Positions 39,040 to 52,369 of a DNA stretch of 64,000 bases are shown here, in pieces. How positions within the stretch are numbered: position 1 is the first letter of the stretch; every line of letters starts with the position of its first letter. The translations under genes and the position numbers were made by a program. The notes below the pieces were generated by a model. It was not told the DNA's origin. It did not search any database and saw only the letters and a program-made list of their open reading frames with translations. Source of the stretch: Octopus sinensis (Eukaryota); contig NC_043005.1 of the NCBI RefSeq assembly GCF_006345805.1, forward strand, positions 1,364,001-1,428,000, given 5' to 3'.

Positions 39040-40450
39040 CAATCATAACACCGCTATATACACACACACACGGACACACACACGACGACGGAGTCTCGCT
39101 ACTCTTTTTCTTCGGTTTTTTTCTGCCCAAATAAAAGTGCGGAGGCGGTAAAAAAAACGATTTAAAAGAAAGCCAGAGGAGGAAATAATAATAATTTCTT
39201 ATTTGCTATGAATAATCGATATTAATGGTGAAGATGATAATAGTAATAACGATTCTATAAAATATGTTGGTGGCAGCGACTAATTTCCCTTTCTTCTGGG
39301 ATTTCTCGATTAATTTCGGGTTTGTTTGTTATAAAAATCCAGTTTTTGTGGTTTTTGTACTCCTTGACTTCATGGTTTCGGCTTTGACTCGCCTCCCTCG
39401 CTGCTGGATGCCTTCTTCGCCGCCGCCGCCTCGAAACACGCCGCCGCTGCTGCTACCGCTGCTCCTGCTGCTGCTAGAGATACTATTACTACTATTGCTG
39501 CTGCTGCTTTTTACCATCAACAGCAGCAACACCTCTCTCTCTGTCTTTCTCTCACTCCATGTCTTTATTTTACATCCAGTGTACGAAGGTTTTATTAGAT
39601 ATATACATACATGTATATATATATATATTATACACACGGAGAGGGAGGGAAGGGTAAAGGAAAGAAAGGGGGTGAGCAAGGGAGAGGGAAAAGAGTTTGT
39701 GACAAATGGAGTGGAGAGAGAGAGAGAGAGAAGTAAGAATGCGGGGGGGGGGAGATACCTGAGAGAGGAATAACAGAGAAATGGCTGCAGTTTCGTCTTG
39801 AACAGAAATACACACACACCATGCATTCCAGTTAGAGGTGTGTGTGTTGTGTTGGTATACACACACACGTATATATATATATTAGAGAAGTGGAATTTTG
39901 GTTTCTGTTTAAAAGAAGCTGTAGTAGTAGAACTACTAAGTCCTAATCAACAACTAAAGCCGTTCAAACTACAATTACTTCTGCCCCACCCACCTTCCAT
40001 TGCAACACCTCTCGTCGCTACTACTACTACCTCCACCACCACCACCACGACTGCTGCTGTAAAACAGCAGCAACGCTACCCCCCCCCCCGCCCCCCGCGC
40101 TCCCCCACAACCCTTTAGTTGCAACGATTCCTGCAGTTGCTGCTACTGGTGATGGCATTGCTATTGCAGCGGTCGTGGCAACGGTTCCTGCAGTTCCTGC
40201 AACTACGTTGTTATTTCTGCTGCTGCTGCTGATGGTAACAGTGCTTGTGACGGTTGCTGCTGCTGCTGGTGGTGGTGGTGGTGGTGGTATCATCGATGGC
40301 GCTACATTGACTTCTGCTACATTGAATAGGACAAAAGTGACAGACAGAGACAACATTGATTTCCGAGAATGGTGGGACTGGCGGGGAGGAGGAGGAGGAC
40401 GGCATGTATGTCACGTAACCCCAAATATCTCTCATATGAAAGCTCCAGGA
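38700..40450. promoter_or_regulatory. CpG-rich putative promoter/5' region, possibly bidirectional (CpG enrichment extends patchily to about 35700)
   Basis: Many CG dinucleotides in non-TE sequence (cgccgccgcc, cgacgacgg, ccccgcgc) and triplet repeats, against CpG-poor flanks; judged by eye. Confidence 0.6.
40152..40405 (+). CDS. Candidate signal-peptide-encoding first exon (needs a 1-nt correction, or starts at ATG 40232)
   Basis: Frame 39947-40483 is open and encodes LLFLLLLLMVTVLVTVAAAAG..NRT..REWWDW; donor CAT|GTATGT at 40406; ATG 40152 is one base out of frame. Confidence 0.35.
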
Positions 40451-40904
40451 TTTTTGTCTGCCCTTAAAGCAAAAAAATATTGATTTCCAAAGTGACAAAC
40501 TGGACAATAGAGTATTACTGTTAATATCAACCCTGGGAAGATAAAAGGTTAAAAAAAACAGCAGGGAATTCAGAATGTATAAAGGACATAACTAAATATA
40601 GACGGGCACTGTACCATTTCAAGCATTTCACAATTAATATCTGAAGACACAGAGCCAATAAAGAAGCCTCAAAGTGGTCACTCAATCTGCATGACATAGC
40701 AACCAAACCCTCAAATCACACACGAGCATCTTAAAAAATTTTGATATAAAATTTTGATAAGATAAATAGATGTAATTTTGATCCCTTGGGAATATGCAAC
40801 CTCGTTTCGTAGGCTTCCACAACAAACCTAACACATGGGGCATTCGAAGACCAACTGTAACTCCTAGCAAATGAGTTGAGGGCCACTTTCTTTCATTTGT
40901 CCAC

Positions 40905-41460
40905 TCATACATATATCTTTTACTTGTTTCAGTGATTTGACTGTGGCCATGCCGGAGCATCACCTTTAGTTGGACAAACTAACCCCAGGAGTTATTCTTT
41001 GTAAGCCTAGTACTTATGCTATTGGTCTCTTTTTGCCAAACTGCTAAGTGATGGGGATGTAAACACACTAACATTGGTTGTCAAGCAATGGTGGAGGGAC
41101 AAACTCAGACACGAATAACAAATACATCATCATCATCATCATCGTTTAGCGTCCGTTTTCCATGCTAGCATGGGTTGGACGGGTCAACTGGGGTCTGTGA
41201 AGCTGGAAGGCTTCGTCAGGCCCAGTCAGATCTGGCAGTGTTTCTACGGCTGGATGCCCTTCCTAACGCCAACCACTCCGCGAGTGTGTGTACATATATA
41301 TATATACACACACACACATATAAATATCAAATCCACTCACAAGGCTTTGGTCAGCTCGAAGCTATAGTAGAAGATACTTGTCCAAGGTGCCACGCAGTGG
41401 GATTGAACCTAGAACCATGTGGTTGGGAACCAAGCTTCTTACCACACAGCCACTCCTGTG
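40905..41460 (-). mobile_element. Family-A SINE interrupted by a short RTE tail (about 41127-41290)
   Basis: SINE tail and head flank catcatcatcgtttagcgtccgttttccatgctagc...ccactccgcgag. Confidence 0.85.
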
Positions 41461-41500
<40 letters not shown>

Positions 41501-41585
41501 GACCTTGCTCTATAATAACTATGTAGAATGCCTTTTTCTTTTGTTTGGCCTCACACTCGCATGTGTGTATGTGTCTGTGTGTGTA

Positions 41586-41659
<74 letters not shown>

Positions 41660-41869
41660 AGTATGAATATATACATACCAAAAAATAGGTGAATGGAGGT
41701 TTAAATTCACAACTGTTTTAGAAGAAATTTAGTTAATGTAACCATAGCAGATTACATCATATTACATAAATCTCTGACATCATCAGGCAGTCTTTAAACT
41801 TAGTCACCTGTGACATAGCCTACTAATTTCAGCTACATACATGCATGCATATATACATACATACATTCA

Positions 41870-42960
41870 TACATCATCATCGTCGTCATCTTTTAACGTC
41901 CGGTTTCCATACTGGCATGGATTGGACAGCTTGACTAAGGGCTGGCAAGCTAGAAGGCCGCACCTGGCTCCAATCTGATCTGGCAAAGTTTCGACAGCTG
42001 GATACCCTTCCTAATGTCAACCACTCTGAGAATGTAGTGGGTGCTTTTTACGTGCCACCGGCATGGTACCAATCAGCTGGGACTGGCATCGACCACACTC
42101 GAATGGTGCTTTTTACATGCCACTGACACAGGACCCAGTCAGGCAGCACTGGCAACGATCATGCTCAAGTGGTGCTTTTTACGTTCCACTGGCACGGGTG
42201 CCAATCAGGTAGTATTGTCACTTGCCACAACAATGACTTCACTTGCCTCAACAGATCTTTACAAGCACAATGCATACATATGTATATATCCACTGAGTGA
42301 CACCTTGGGTAAGTGTCTCCTGCTATAGCCTTGCACTGACCAAAGCCTTGTGAATGGATCTGGTAAACCTATGTGTATATGTGTGTGTGTGTTTGTTCCC
42401 CACTATCATTTCACAACTGGTGTAACTTTGGTAAAAGAGGCAGATGAAGTACCAGACTTAAATCTAAATAAGCACTAGAGTCAACTTGTCTGACTAAATC
42501 TTACCAATGATGAAAACAAATAAAAGATAACAGGTTCAATACACATGCACATATATATCTATGTATATATATATATATCTTGTGTCTGTTTTCCATGCTA
42601 GCATGGGTTGGATGGTTCGACTGGGGTCTGGGAAGACAGGAGGCTGCACCAAGCTTCAATCTTGATCTGGCAGTGTTTCTACAGCTGGATGCCCTTCCTA
42701 ATGCCAACCACTCCGTGAATGTAATGGGTGTTTTTTACGTGCCTCCAGAACAGGGGCCAGAGGAGGCTGGCAAACGGCCATGATTGGTTGGTGCTTTTAT
42801 GTGTCACCGACACGGATGCCAGTCAGGCGGTGCTGCATCTGCCACGTTCGGACAGTGCTTTTTACGTGTCACCGGCACAGGTCTCTTAACTACAATTTCC
42901 ATTTGATTTTTATTTTGATGTTGGTGTTGACGTACTTGACTCAATAGGTCTCCTCGAGAA
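41870..42960 (-). mobile_element. Two RTE 3' UTR fragments (41870-42260, 42580-42960) with a partial family-A SINE (+) between them
   Basis: RTE terminal motif and tandem ggtgcttttt..gtgccacc units. Confidence 0.8.
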
Positions 42961-43504
42961 TATATATATATATATATATATATGGTTGACGCTCATGATC
43001 TTATTGACTGTTAATAGGTTCAAAATCTTCACTAATTTAAAACACTAAAGAGATTCTTTGTCTAGTACTTTGTAGTTCCTGCCCCCCCCCCCTACACACA
43101 CACAAACAAACAACAACAAACTATAACATTGACCCAAATATCAGGGAAGAATACTTCCTTAAATTAACCCAAATTTTAATTGTTGAACCCAGAAAGTTAA
43201 CTTAAACAACAATTGAACTCATGACATGAAGACACCTACCTGAATAATCACAAAATATTTTGTCTGATGCTCAACTGATTTTACTTTGCCCTATTTCCAC
43301 ACATAAATAATTGTTCTTAATTTAGGTATAAGGTCGGTAGTTCTGATGGGGGAAGGAATTTAATCGATTGTATTGATCTCAGTACTTGACTGGTATTTTG
43401 TTTCATTGAGTCTGAATGGACGAAAAGTAAAAGTTCATCTCTGAAGAACCAGAAGAAATACCACAAAGCATTTTGTCTGGAACTCAAACGATTCTGCTGT
43501 CAAA

Positions 43505-43940
43505 CAACCAATAATAATAATAATAATAACAATAACAACTACGATTCCATTTATTTGCCACAAGGGTGAAGGATGAGGGGGACAATACAGAGACAGACAT
43601 AAAGTGTGGGGCGTTACATATGATAATGAAATGATAAAGTATACACGGTATACACTGGAAAAGAAGGGACATATGCATAGCATACAAAGGTACAAAAAAA
43701 TGTAGTACCATCCACTCTTGCCATTTTCGCAACTTTCATCCACCTTTCGATAGATTCACTCGAGGACAGCACTCCACTCTCCACTCTCAATTTCCTTTTC
43801 AAGTGGAACTTGAAAAAGTCAATGATAGCTCTACCAAAGAGGAATGTATCTGTCCTCAGCATGTATCTGTCCTCCTTTCAGCATAGTCCACCAAACAACC
43901 TCTTTTGCCACAGCCACCAGGCAATGGAAAACTGCTTTCC
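43505..43940 (-). mobile_element. Tx1/L1-like LINE 3' end
   Basis: GKAVFHCLVAVAKEVVWW..GRAIIDFFKFHLKRKLRVE..LSSSESIERWMKVA resembles Tx1 ORF2 C-termini; 3' UTR and (TTA)n tail. Confidence 0.6.
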
Positions 43941-43964
43941 CTAATAATGATAATAATAATGATA

Positions 43965-44880
43965 AACAATGCATGAGAAAATGAAGGGAAAGACAAGATG
44001 AACAGCTGGAGGTGGCTGCTAAGGAAGAGTAGTCTGAAAGGATGCAGCGAAGCATTGATATTCAGTGTCCAGGCGCAAGCTCTGAGAACTAATTTCACCA
44101 AGTTCCAAATAGATAAGAGCAGTGCATCACCTCTTTGAAGGATGTGGTCAGCAAAAGCAAAACATTATCACATGTTATGACTGAGTAGCAAACTGGCCCA
44201 AAAGGAGTACAAGAAGAGACACAAAAAGGAGTACAAAAAGATAACATGGCTAAGTTTGTTCATGGGAAACTGTGAAAAGTAGAGTGTAGGAAGAATACAG
44301 AAGTGGTACAAACACGAAACCAGAAGATGTCACTGAGAACAACGAATATATGATCTTGTTGGATTTTAGAATCCAGTGTGATTTCCTAATTGATGCTCAG
44401 AAACCAGACATTGTTGTAGCAGATAAAAGGGAAAAGGAAACTAAGATCTTAGATATTGCTATACCTGGGGATGCATGTAGAGGCGACAAAGAGCTGAAAA
44501 GGGTGGAAAAATACAAGTTACTAAAAGTTAAAATTGTAAGAATGTGGGCAATGAGGAGAGTAACTGTTACCCCGGTAGTTATAGGGGCACTCAGAGTACT
44601 AAGAACCAAGTTCAAGAAATATGCCAGAGAAACTGGAATAGACATGAGGGTAGAGCATGCCCAAAATACTGCTCTATTAAGGACAGCTAGGATTTTGAGA
44701 TTGGTAATTGAGTGTTGAGTATCTTCCACGAAACTTAATACTTAAGTACCAAGTCTTATTATTTGTGGAAAGAGACCTTTAGAGACCTCTGACAATAGGA
44801 TGTTGTCTGCTCACACAGAATTAACCAGGCCAAGAGCTCTGAGAAGTAAAATATAATAATAATAATAATAATAATAATAG
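43965..44880 (+). mobile_element. R4/Dong-like LINE 3' fragment, second family
   Basis: SWRWL..EALIFSVQAQALRTN..LAQKEYK; ORF 44350..44718 DFRIQCD..KPDIVV..ILDIAIP..ARILRLVIE; (AAT)n at 43941-43963 and 44853-44879. Confidence 0.88.
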
Positions 44881-45183
44881 TAAGAGCACTCAGAGAGTGC
44901 AAACCTCTGCCAATGCAACAACAATGACCTCTCAACAATTAAGTGGAGATGATTTTTAAAATGAGAATATTGGAAATAAAATCCTTCAATGAATATCATG
45001 AGACTTTTTGCTTTTCTCTTCTCTTAAATTCTGGTCTGCATTTAGTAATCCTGTTATTTTAGATCAATGTATAGAATTATGTATATGTGTATGTATACTG
45101 TAAAGTGTTAAAATGTATGTATAATCTCCTAATATAATAATGTGCATTGTCTTTTTATATATTTGTATGTGTGTATATATATA

Positions 45184-47325
45184 TCATCATCATCGTTTAA
45201 TGTCCGCTTTCCATGCTAGCCAGATCAGACTCCAGTCTGATCTGGCATAGTTTCTACAGCTGGATGCCCTTCCTAACGCCAACCACTCCGAGAGTGTAGT
45301 GGGTGCTTTCAATGTACCACCGACACAGAAGCCAGGGGAGATTGGCAGCGGCCATGATCGGCTGATGCTTTCAATGTGCCACCGACACAGAAGCCAGTCA
45401 AGGCGGCGCTGGCATCGGCCACATTCAGATGGTGCTTTTTATGTGCCACCGGCACAGGTATCACAACTACTATTTCCATTGATGTTTATTTCAATGTTCA
45501 TGTACTTGACTCAATAGGTCTCCTCAAGCACAGCGGGTTGTTCTGAAATCCAAGGTACTTTGAATGGGCAGGGGCTATGCAGAACTGGTGCAGGAAGCAG
45601 CCTGGGTCTTTGCAGTCACGGCATATCTCCAGAGATCTCGGTCCTTCGCCATTGCCTCAGTGAGGCCCAATGCTCTGAGGTCATGCTTGACTACCTCATC
45701 CCTTGTCTTCCTGGGTCTACCTCTCCCCCTGATACCTTCAACTGTTTGGGAGTGGCACTTGTTCACACATCTCTCCTCATCCATCCACAGTACATGACCA
45801 TACCATCACAAGCGTCACTCTTGCACGCCACATCTGATGCTTCTTACGTCCAGCATTTCTCTCAGAGTGCTTACACTCTGTCGTGAGTGCACACTGACAT
45901 TACACATCCAGCGGATCATGCTAGCTTCATTTCTATCAAGTCTACGCATGTCCTCTGCAGTCACAGCCCATGTTTCACTACCGTGAAGCATGGCAGTTCG
46001 CACACATGCATCATACAGTCTACCTTTCACTCTGAGCGAGAGACCCTTTGTCGCCAGTAGGGGTAGGAGCTTTGTAAACTTTGCCCAGGCTATTCGTATT
46101 CTAGTGGTGACACTCTCTGAGCATCCACCTCCACTACTAACTTGGTCACCTAGGTAGCGGAAACTATCAACTACTTCTAGTTTCTTCCTCTGGAGTGTGA
46201 TGGAATCTGTTTTCTGAGTATCTGTGGTGTCTATTGTCCCTGTGCATCTGCCGCACATGAAAGCTATCTTATCAGTTAATTTCCCTTTGATGTTGCTGCA
46301 CCTCTTATGTGCCCATAGCTTACACTGGGTACATCTTATGGAGTTTCTGCCTACACCTTTTCTACAGATCGAGCAGGGCCACTTGCCCGAGGGTGTGTGT
46401 GATGAGTTCGCCTTTCTGCTTACTATAACTTTGGTCTTTGCTACATTTACTCTAAGGCCCATTGATTCTAACCCTTGCTTCCACACCCGAAATTTCTTTT
46501 CTAGTTCCGGTTGTGATTCTGCTATGAGAGCCAGGTCATCAGCATAGAGGAGCTCCCAGGGGCAACATGTTTTCAATTCCTCTGTTATTGCCTGGAGGAC
46601 TATGATGAATAAAAGGGGACTGAGGGCTGAGTCTTGGTGCACACCTACTTCTACCCGGAATTCTTCACTATATTCGTTGTCAATCCTAACCTTGCTGACA
46701 GCCTCTCTGTATAGGGCCTGTACAGCCCTTATTAGCCATTCGTCAATCTCCAGTTTCCGCATCGACCACCAGATAAGGGATTGGGGGACCCTGTCAAAGG
46801 CTTTCTCCAAATCCACAAAAGCTATGTAGAGGGGTTTATCTTTAGCTAGGTACTTCTCCTGCAGTTGTCGGACCAGGAATATAGAATCAGTGGTGCTTCT
46901 ACCCGGCACAAAACCGAACTGCATCTCATCTAAGTAAATTCTCTCCCTAATGAGATGGGTTATGACCCTCTCTGTGACCTTCATCACCTGATCCAACAGT
47001 TTAATACCCCTGTAGTTATTTCTATCTAGAGCATCACCTTGTAGCAGTTGACTATGGTGCTGCTACGCCAGTCATTGGGTATAACTCCATTATGAACTAC
47101 CTGGTTTACTCGGATAGCTGGTCCCTCTACTGGGTCAACATTTGGCAGGCTCTCCTCCTCCCATTCATTCTCCACATTCAGCAGTCTTTCATAATGGCTT
47201 CTCCAAGCCTCTTTCTTTTCACCATCATTAAAAGCAAGTGCCCCATCATCCATGCGGACACATTTCTCTCCTGTAACATTACTATTTTCTCTCACACACT
47301 GTCTTGCAATCCGAAATACCTTAGG
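45184..47325 (-). mobile_element. 5'-truncated RTE LINE with PHD-containing RT
   Basis: ORF 45815..46996 has DLEKAFDRV, LLYADDL and the PHD at 46244-46375; 129-bp in-frame deletion near 47108; (GAT)n tail in (AT)n. Confidence 0.93.
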
Positions 47326-47790
47326 TCATCTGATTGATGCTGCAGCCCCAACCAGCAAAAAATTATCTCTGAAAACATAAAAAAAACTGAGCAAGTATAA
47401 GGACCTGGAGATTGAAATCAGAAGAATGTGGCATCTCAGGACAATAACATTACCTCCTATTATTGGGGCTTTTGGAATGACATCGAGTGGAGCAAATATG
47501 TATGTAGACCAAATCCCTGGCAGCCCCAAAAGCAAGCAAATAACAAAAGATCATACTTATGGCCACCTCATATATTCTATATGAATATCCCCCCCCCACC
47601 CGTAAATGCAACTTTACTCTCTGTTTTTTTTTCATCTCCTACAGACGTCAGTGTTTTCAATTGCATGATAGCACATCACCTGTCAGCATCTTTAGATGCA
47701 AAACCTTGTTGTCCCTTGACGTCCCTGGTTGAGGGCTGAGTGCAACTCATAGATAAAAGCAAAACCAAAACATGGGATGATGATGATGAT
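47326..47790 (+). mobile_element. Third restriction-like-endonuclease LINE 3' fragment
   Basis: LIDAAAP..KLSKYKDLEIEIRRMWHLRTITLPPII-GAFG remnant. Confidence 0.65.
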
Positions 47791-48557
47791 GGCAGTTTCT
47801 AATTGTAGGCAAAAACAGCAGAAATTTTGAAAGAATGCATTAGTTGTTCCCATTAACTCTAGTACTTGACTAATACCTTACCCCCCACCCACCACCCACC
47901 CCATTCTCTGGCAGGAAGAAAAGCAAAGTTGATTCGAATTCAAGTCATTTTGTTTAATGTTTTAAAAACAGTAACAATTCCCCGCTCCGACATTGGCACA
48001 AAGTGATACATTTCAAGAAAGTGGCACAGTATTTTTAAAATTTTTCTAAATAGCCTCTGCTTTTTGACTGGTCTTTATTTCATCAACCTCAGAAATGTGA
48101 AAAGCAAACAGGATTAGTTGTCAAAATGTAAAGAAAGCTAACAAAGAAAAAAATGAAAAGCTGCAAGATAATTTGTCTGCCACCATTCACTGTTATGGTT
48201 TAATGAGACAGATTTTTAGTCTCGGTAGATGGGCACAAATTTCAGAGCATGGCAAGAGTTACTTCAATCAACTCCAGTACTTAATACTATAAACACTGCC
48301 AAGATAATGACAAGTTAATAAAACCCTACAAAATGGAACGTTTCACTGTCCTTGCCAGCCAATGCATTGATAAGGGATTCTCTTTCTGTTGCTGCGGCTC
48401 TTTTTGCAACAAAGACAAGCAACAAGAGTAGCAGCTACCCTTGCACTTGGCTCCATAATTGCTGCTGCTGCTGCTGTCATCTGTATTGCTGCAACAGTAT
48501 CAGCAGCAGATGCAATCCTTCCTACCGGAAGCCAGTTTCTTTCTTACACACACGCAT

Positions 48558-48605
<48 letters not shown>

Positions 48606-50099
48606 TCAATTCTTTTTAAAGTAAACAAAACTATAAACAGTGGATGTTACCAGCATTCTGAAGATTAAATGGATAAGAAACATTTCCTTGGAAATATAAA
48701 ACAGGAAAAAGAATTTCAGTTTGGTCAGCAACAACCCCTTAATGGAGATTTTATAAAGGTTTCCCACAAAACTAGAAAAAGGAAAAACTGATGAAGCAAG
48801 TCTACGGAGACTGGGAGAAGCTTGATCCTTGTGTCAATGGTGATGGTGATACTGATGAGAAAATTCGGCTGCTGTGTTTATATTAAATACTTCTGCTGAT
48901 GCCAGGCACTGAAATGTGGCCAGTCTGGGACCAAGCAGAAATCAAATCTTGTTGGTTGTGTATAAAAATATTTTTATATATAAAAAGTACAAGTTCAAAG
49001 TTTTAGATTTCAATTGGTCACCAAGGTAACTGAAAATTCACAAAAGCACAAATCTTTTCTAGAAGATGATGAACTCATGCAACTATTTAATACTTTCTAT
49101 AAAAGAAAAAATTTCTTTGAATTAAAAATTTTAATTCATTAATAATAAAGAATGCATAATTACTAGAAAAATAATTCAATTTTGTAAATTGAATATGAAT
49201 AATAGATGTTTTCATTATTAATAGATATCAGGGCCGAAGGTTATGGTTATCGGATTGCAGTTAGCAGAGGTCAGTTTCTGTTAGGGACACCTCTATGCTT
49301 CTCTGTCTTTTGAAAGATGGCAGGGGGGGGGGGCATTGTTTTCCATTAACCTTATAACTGAGAATGGTTGCTCTGTGTTTTCCTTTTTTTGACAGCAGTT
49401 GACTTCTTAAAATAATATAGAATGATATAGTTGAATTAATAACTTTATTCAAAAGGATTAGAAGAGGTTTTAAATAATATTTGCATATTCTTGAAAACAA
49501 AAATAGCTATATTAATTTTCCCAGTAAAGTCTCTGCGCCTGAACAGTTAAAAAATTTTTCTATAGTGACATCATGAGACTAAAAAGGCAAAATAAAAAAC
49601 CCAAAATCCTTTCTGATGTTTAGCTTCAGGCCCAAATGATATAAACTTCCATGATTTCTGAACCAGAAGAGGATAATTTAAAAAGGTAGGCTATGAATTG
49701 CAAAAGAGTGCAATAACTAGGAAGTGTATGAAGCCAGAGACAAACGGATAATTTGTTTTGAATCTTTGAAGATATGGAATCTGACATTCCATATCTGATA
49801 TGGAATAATGGAGTAAAGACCAAAGGATAAAATGTGAGGAAAGAAAAGACGATTGAAGAACAAATGAATGTGAGGAAGTGAAAATCAGAAAATGAACAAG
49901 AAGAGAAAGAGGGCATATTAAAGAAAGAGTTACATTTAAATAATAAAACCAGAGCTTATGAATATGGTTTAATTGTCTTGATTAGTAAAATATCTCTGGT
50001 ATGTTGCAGGTAGGAGAGCTAAGTAGAAGAAGAAGAAGAAGGAAAAGCTTGAAGTAGGTACAATTCAAAGAGGAAGGTAAATTCTTTTTTTTTTCTACT

Positions 50100-50310
50100 C
50101 TAGGCACAAGGCCCTAAAATTTTGGGGGAGGGGGGTACAGTTGATTAGATTGACCCCAGTATGCAACTGGTACTTAATTTATCAACCCCAAAAGGATGGA
50201 AGGTAAAGTCGATCTCAGCAGAATTTGAACTCAGAATATAAAGACAGATGAAATACCGCTAAGCAGTTCACCTGGCGTGCTAACGTTTCCCCCAGCTCAC
50301 TACCTTATGA
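50100..50310 (-). mobile_element. Family-B SINE (others at 43300-43500 -, 47790-48300 -, 58070-58240 +)
   Basis: ggcacaaggcc..ctggtacttaatttatcaacccc..gaatttgaactcagaa. Confidence 0.82.
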
Positions 50311-51409
50311 GGAGGAAGGTAAAATTACAGCCAATATTAATGGCACCAGCACCTCACAAGCAATTGTTGAAAGGAAATAGAGCAGAATGAATGACTTTCT
50401 TGTGAAGGCATGGACATATAATTCTTGCTTCTAAACAACATTCTTTGAGGGTACCTACATTAAAAGCACAAGGGGAAAATTTATCAGCACACAGGGGTCA
50501 CTTCTTTCCAAATCCCAGTCAACATAATTCATGGGTAACAAACAGGAAGAAGACAAAGTATTTGACTGGAAGTTGTTTTGATAAAAAGGAAATGTTGTTG
50601 CGACTTTGTCAAGAACTTTAAAACTACTTTAAAAATAGGATTCAAACTGGCATGAAAGCTTATCCACACAAAGTACCTTCTAGAGAATATAAACATTGTT
50701 TTTTTTTACCCCTATTTGCTATGAAGTTGCCATTTACATAGGTGGGCAAAAATTCCAAAGAAGAAACAATTCTGCAGAAACATCTCACCTGAGGCCTAGA
50801 AACACATCTTGCATTTCAGAAAGTACAAGGTGGATCTAACTTTTGTGTCCAAAGATTTGACAGGAAGAAGGTGTAGAGATACGACTGCTAGGTCCATAGG
50901 TTAATGAGCAGATTCAATGGAATTCACCTTCATTATTTCTGCTAACTCATTCAATCAGTTAACAGTGGAGATATCAGCAAAAGATTGAGTCAGAACATTA
51001 TCGAAGTTGAGAGTTTGAAAATATATTTCAGAAATGTTTTGAACAATGATGAGAATCCAGGGAATATTGGTCAAGATGATGGCATCTTGCCATCATCTTT
51101 TACAATATAAAAGCTAAGATATATATACACAAATACACTCCAGACATCAGAAGATTTGGTTGGTCTTCTGGTCCCTATCCCACAGGCATTGAAAAATGAC
51201 TTCCAGCTCAACAACTGCAACAATGGCATCATGCTATCACAAGATCTGAAGAAAAATAAATAAACAAATAAAGCTACTAATCAAATCAATTTAATCACTT
51301 TTTTTTTTTTTGAAAACTCTGTAGAATGGTAGAAACAAGGTTTACCCCATGATTAACTATTACTTCAGATGATTAGCTAGTGGGGGAGAAGATCAGTGGA
51401 GATTCACCA

Positions 51410-52040
51410 TATTTTCTCAAATGAAAAACCAATTTTTGCAATCCATAGGACTGCGAATCTTATAGTTCCTGATTTATATGGACTTGGAAACAAATAATCT
51501 CCTTGTTTCAAAGATAATAGATGTGTAAACGATACCCTCATCTTTTTCTGACGTATAAACATTTTTGAACGAGATAAATATATTAAAGAAATTGAGTCAA
51601 AATTGAGGCCAGTCAAAGAAGTAATTTTAATAAAGTGAACAGATTAATTTCTGCAAAGAAACCTGGAATTATTTCTTTAGATGCACCAAGAACTGGTAAA
51701 ACCATTTCTCATTCTTAGTTAAGATTAAAAGCCACTAGAAAAATCCCCATTATTGCAGCCTTCTCCATTGGCATGTTTGCATCACTTCTGAGAGTTGGAA
51801 GATAAATTTTATATTCAAACTTCCTCTAAACCCAACATCCTCAAGTACATCCATGTAGAACATCACAAGGAATTCAAGAATGACACCTGTTCACAGAATT
51901 GTCAATTAATTGTATGGGATGAATGTACAGTAACAGCTGGGGCAAGGAAAATGTTGTTGTAAGGTCCCTTCAAAAAGTTTCTTGCTTGCTATTTGGGGGA
52001 AATTCCCATTTCATATGAGAACTTTAGAGTCCTTTTTGAC
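51410..52040 (+). mobile_element. Helitron RepHel (PIF1 helicase) relic
   Basis: KPGIISLDAPRTGKT (Walker A, about 51657-51705), FKLPLN, QNCQLIVWDECT (Walker B, about 51895-51930) in the correct order; broken by stops and frameshifts. Confidence 0.65.
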
Positions 52041-52369
52041 TCCCGGTGAAGACTAATTTTGTTTTATATGTTGTTATTGTGCTATTTTATGTAATTCTTT
52101 TAACTCAAGTGAAATTGAGGATAAGAAGAGATTGTTGTCTTTGGTAATTATTATGAAATTTTGCAAGGCACTACAAACACAAACCCTAGCATTAAACTTT
52201 AGCCTTAAAAAGATAGTTTCAGTTGGTTGCCAAGGGAAAATATATAAACTGTCAAAAATAAATAAATTTGATTGGCTAAAATTGCTAAGAATTTCAGATT
52301 TTAATGGTTCATAACTTTTTTGTAAGTAATTTCTAAAGAGAACAAAAAGAAAGTTGTGAATTTTGTAAT

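Noticed and set aside
39264-39868. 169-aa (+) and 179-aa (-) ORFs with poly-Leu or poly-Ser
   Set aside because: Both derive from the same CTG/CAG and GA/AT repeats, run through microsatellites and lack good splice donors; most likely 5' UTR or promoter sequence.
48786-48825. Hammerhead-ribozyme-like CTGATGA plus hairpin (other CTGATGA hits near 4422, 7000, 25811)
   Set aside because: No correctly placed GAAA and no stems I/III.
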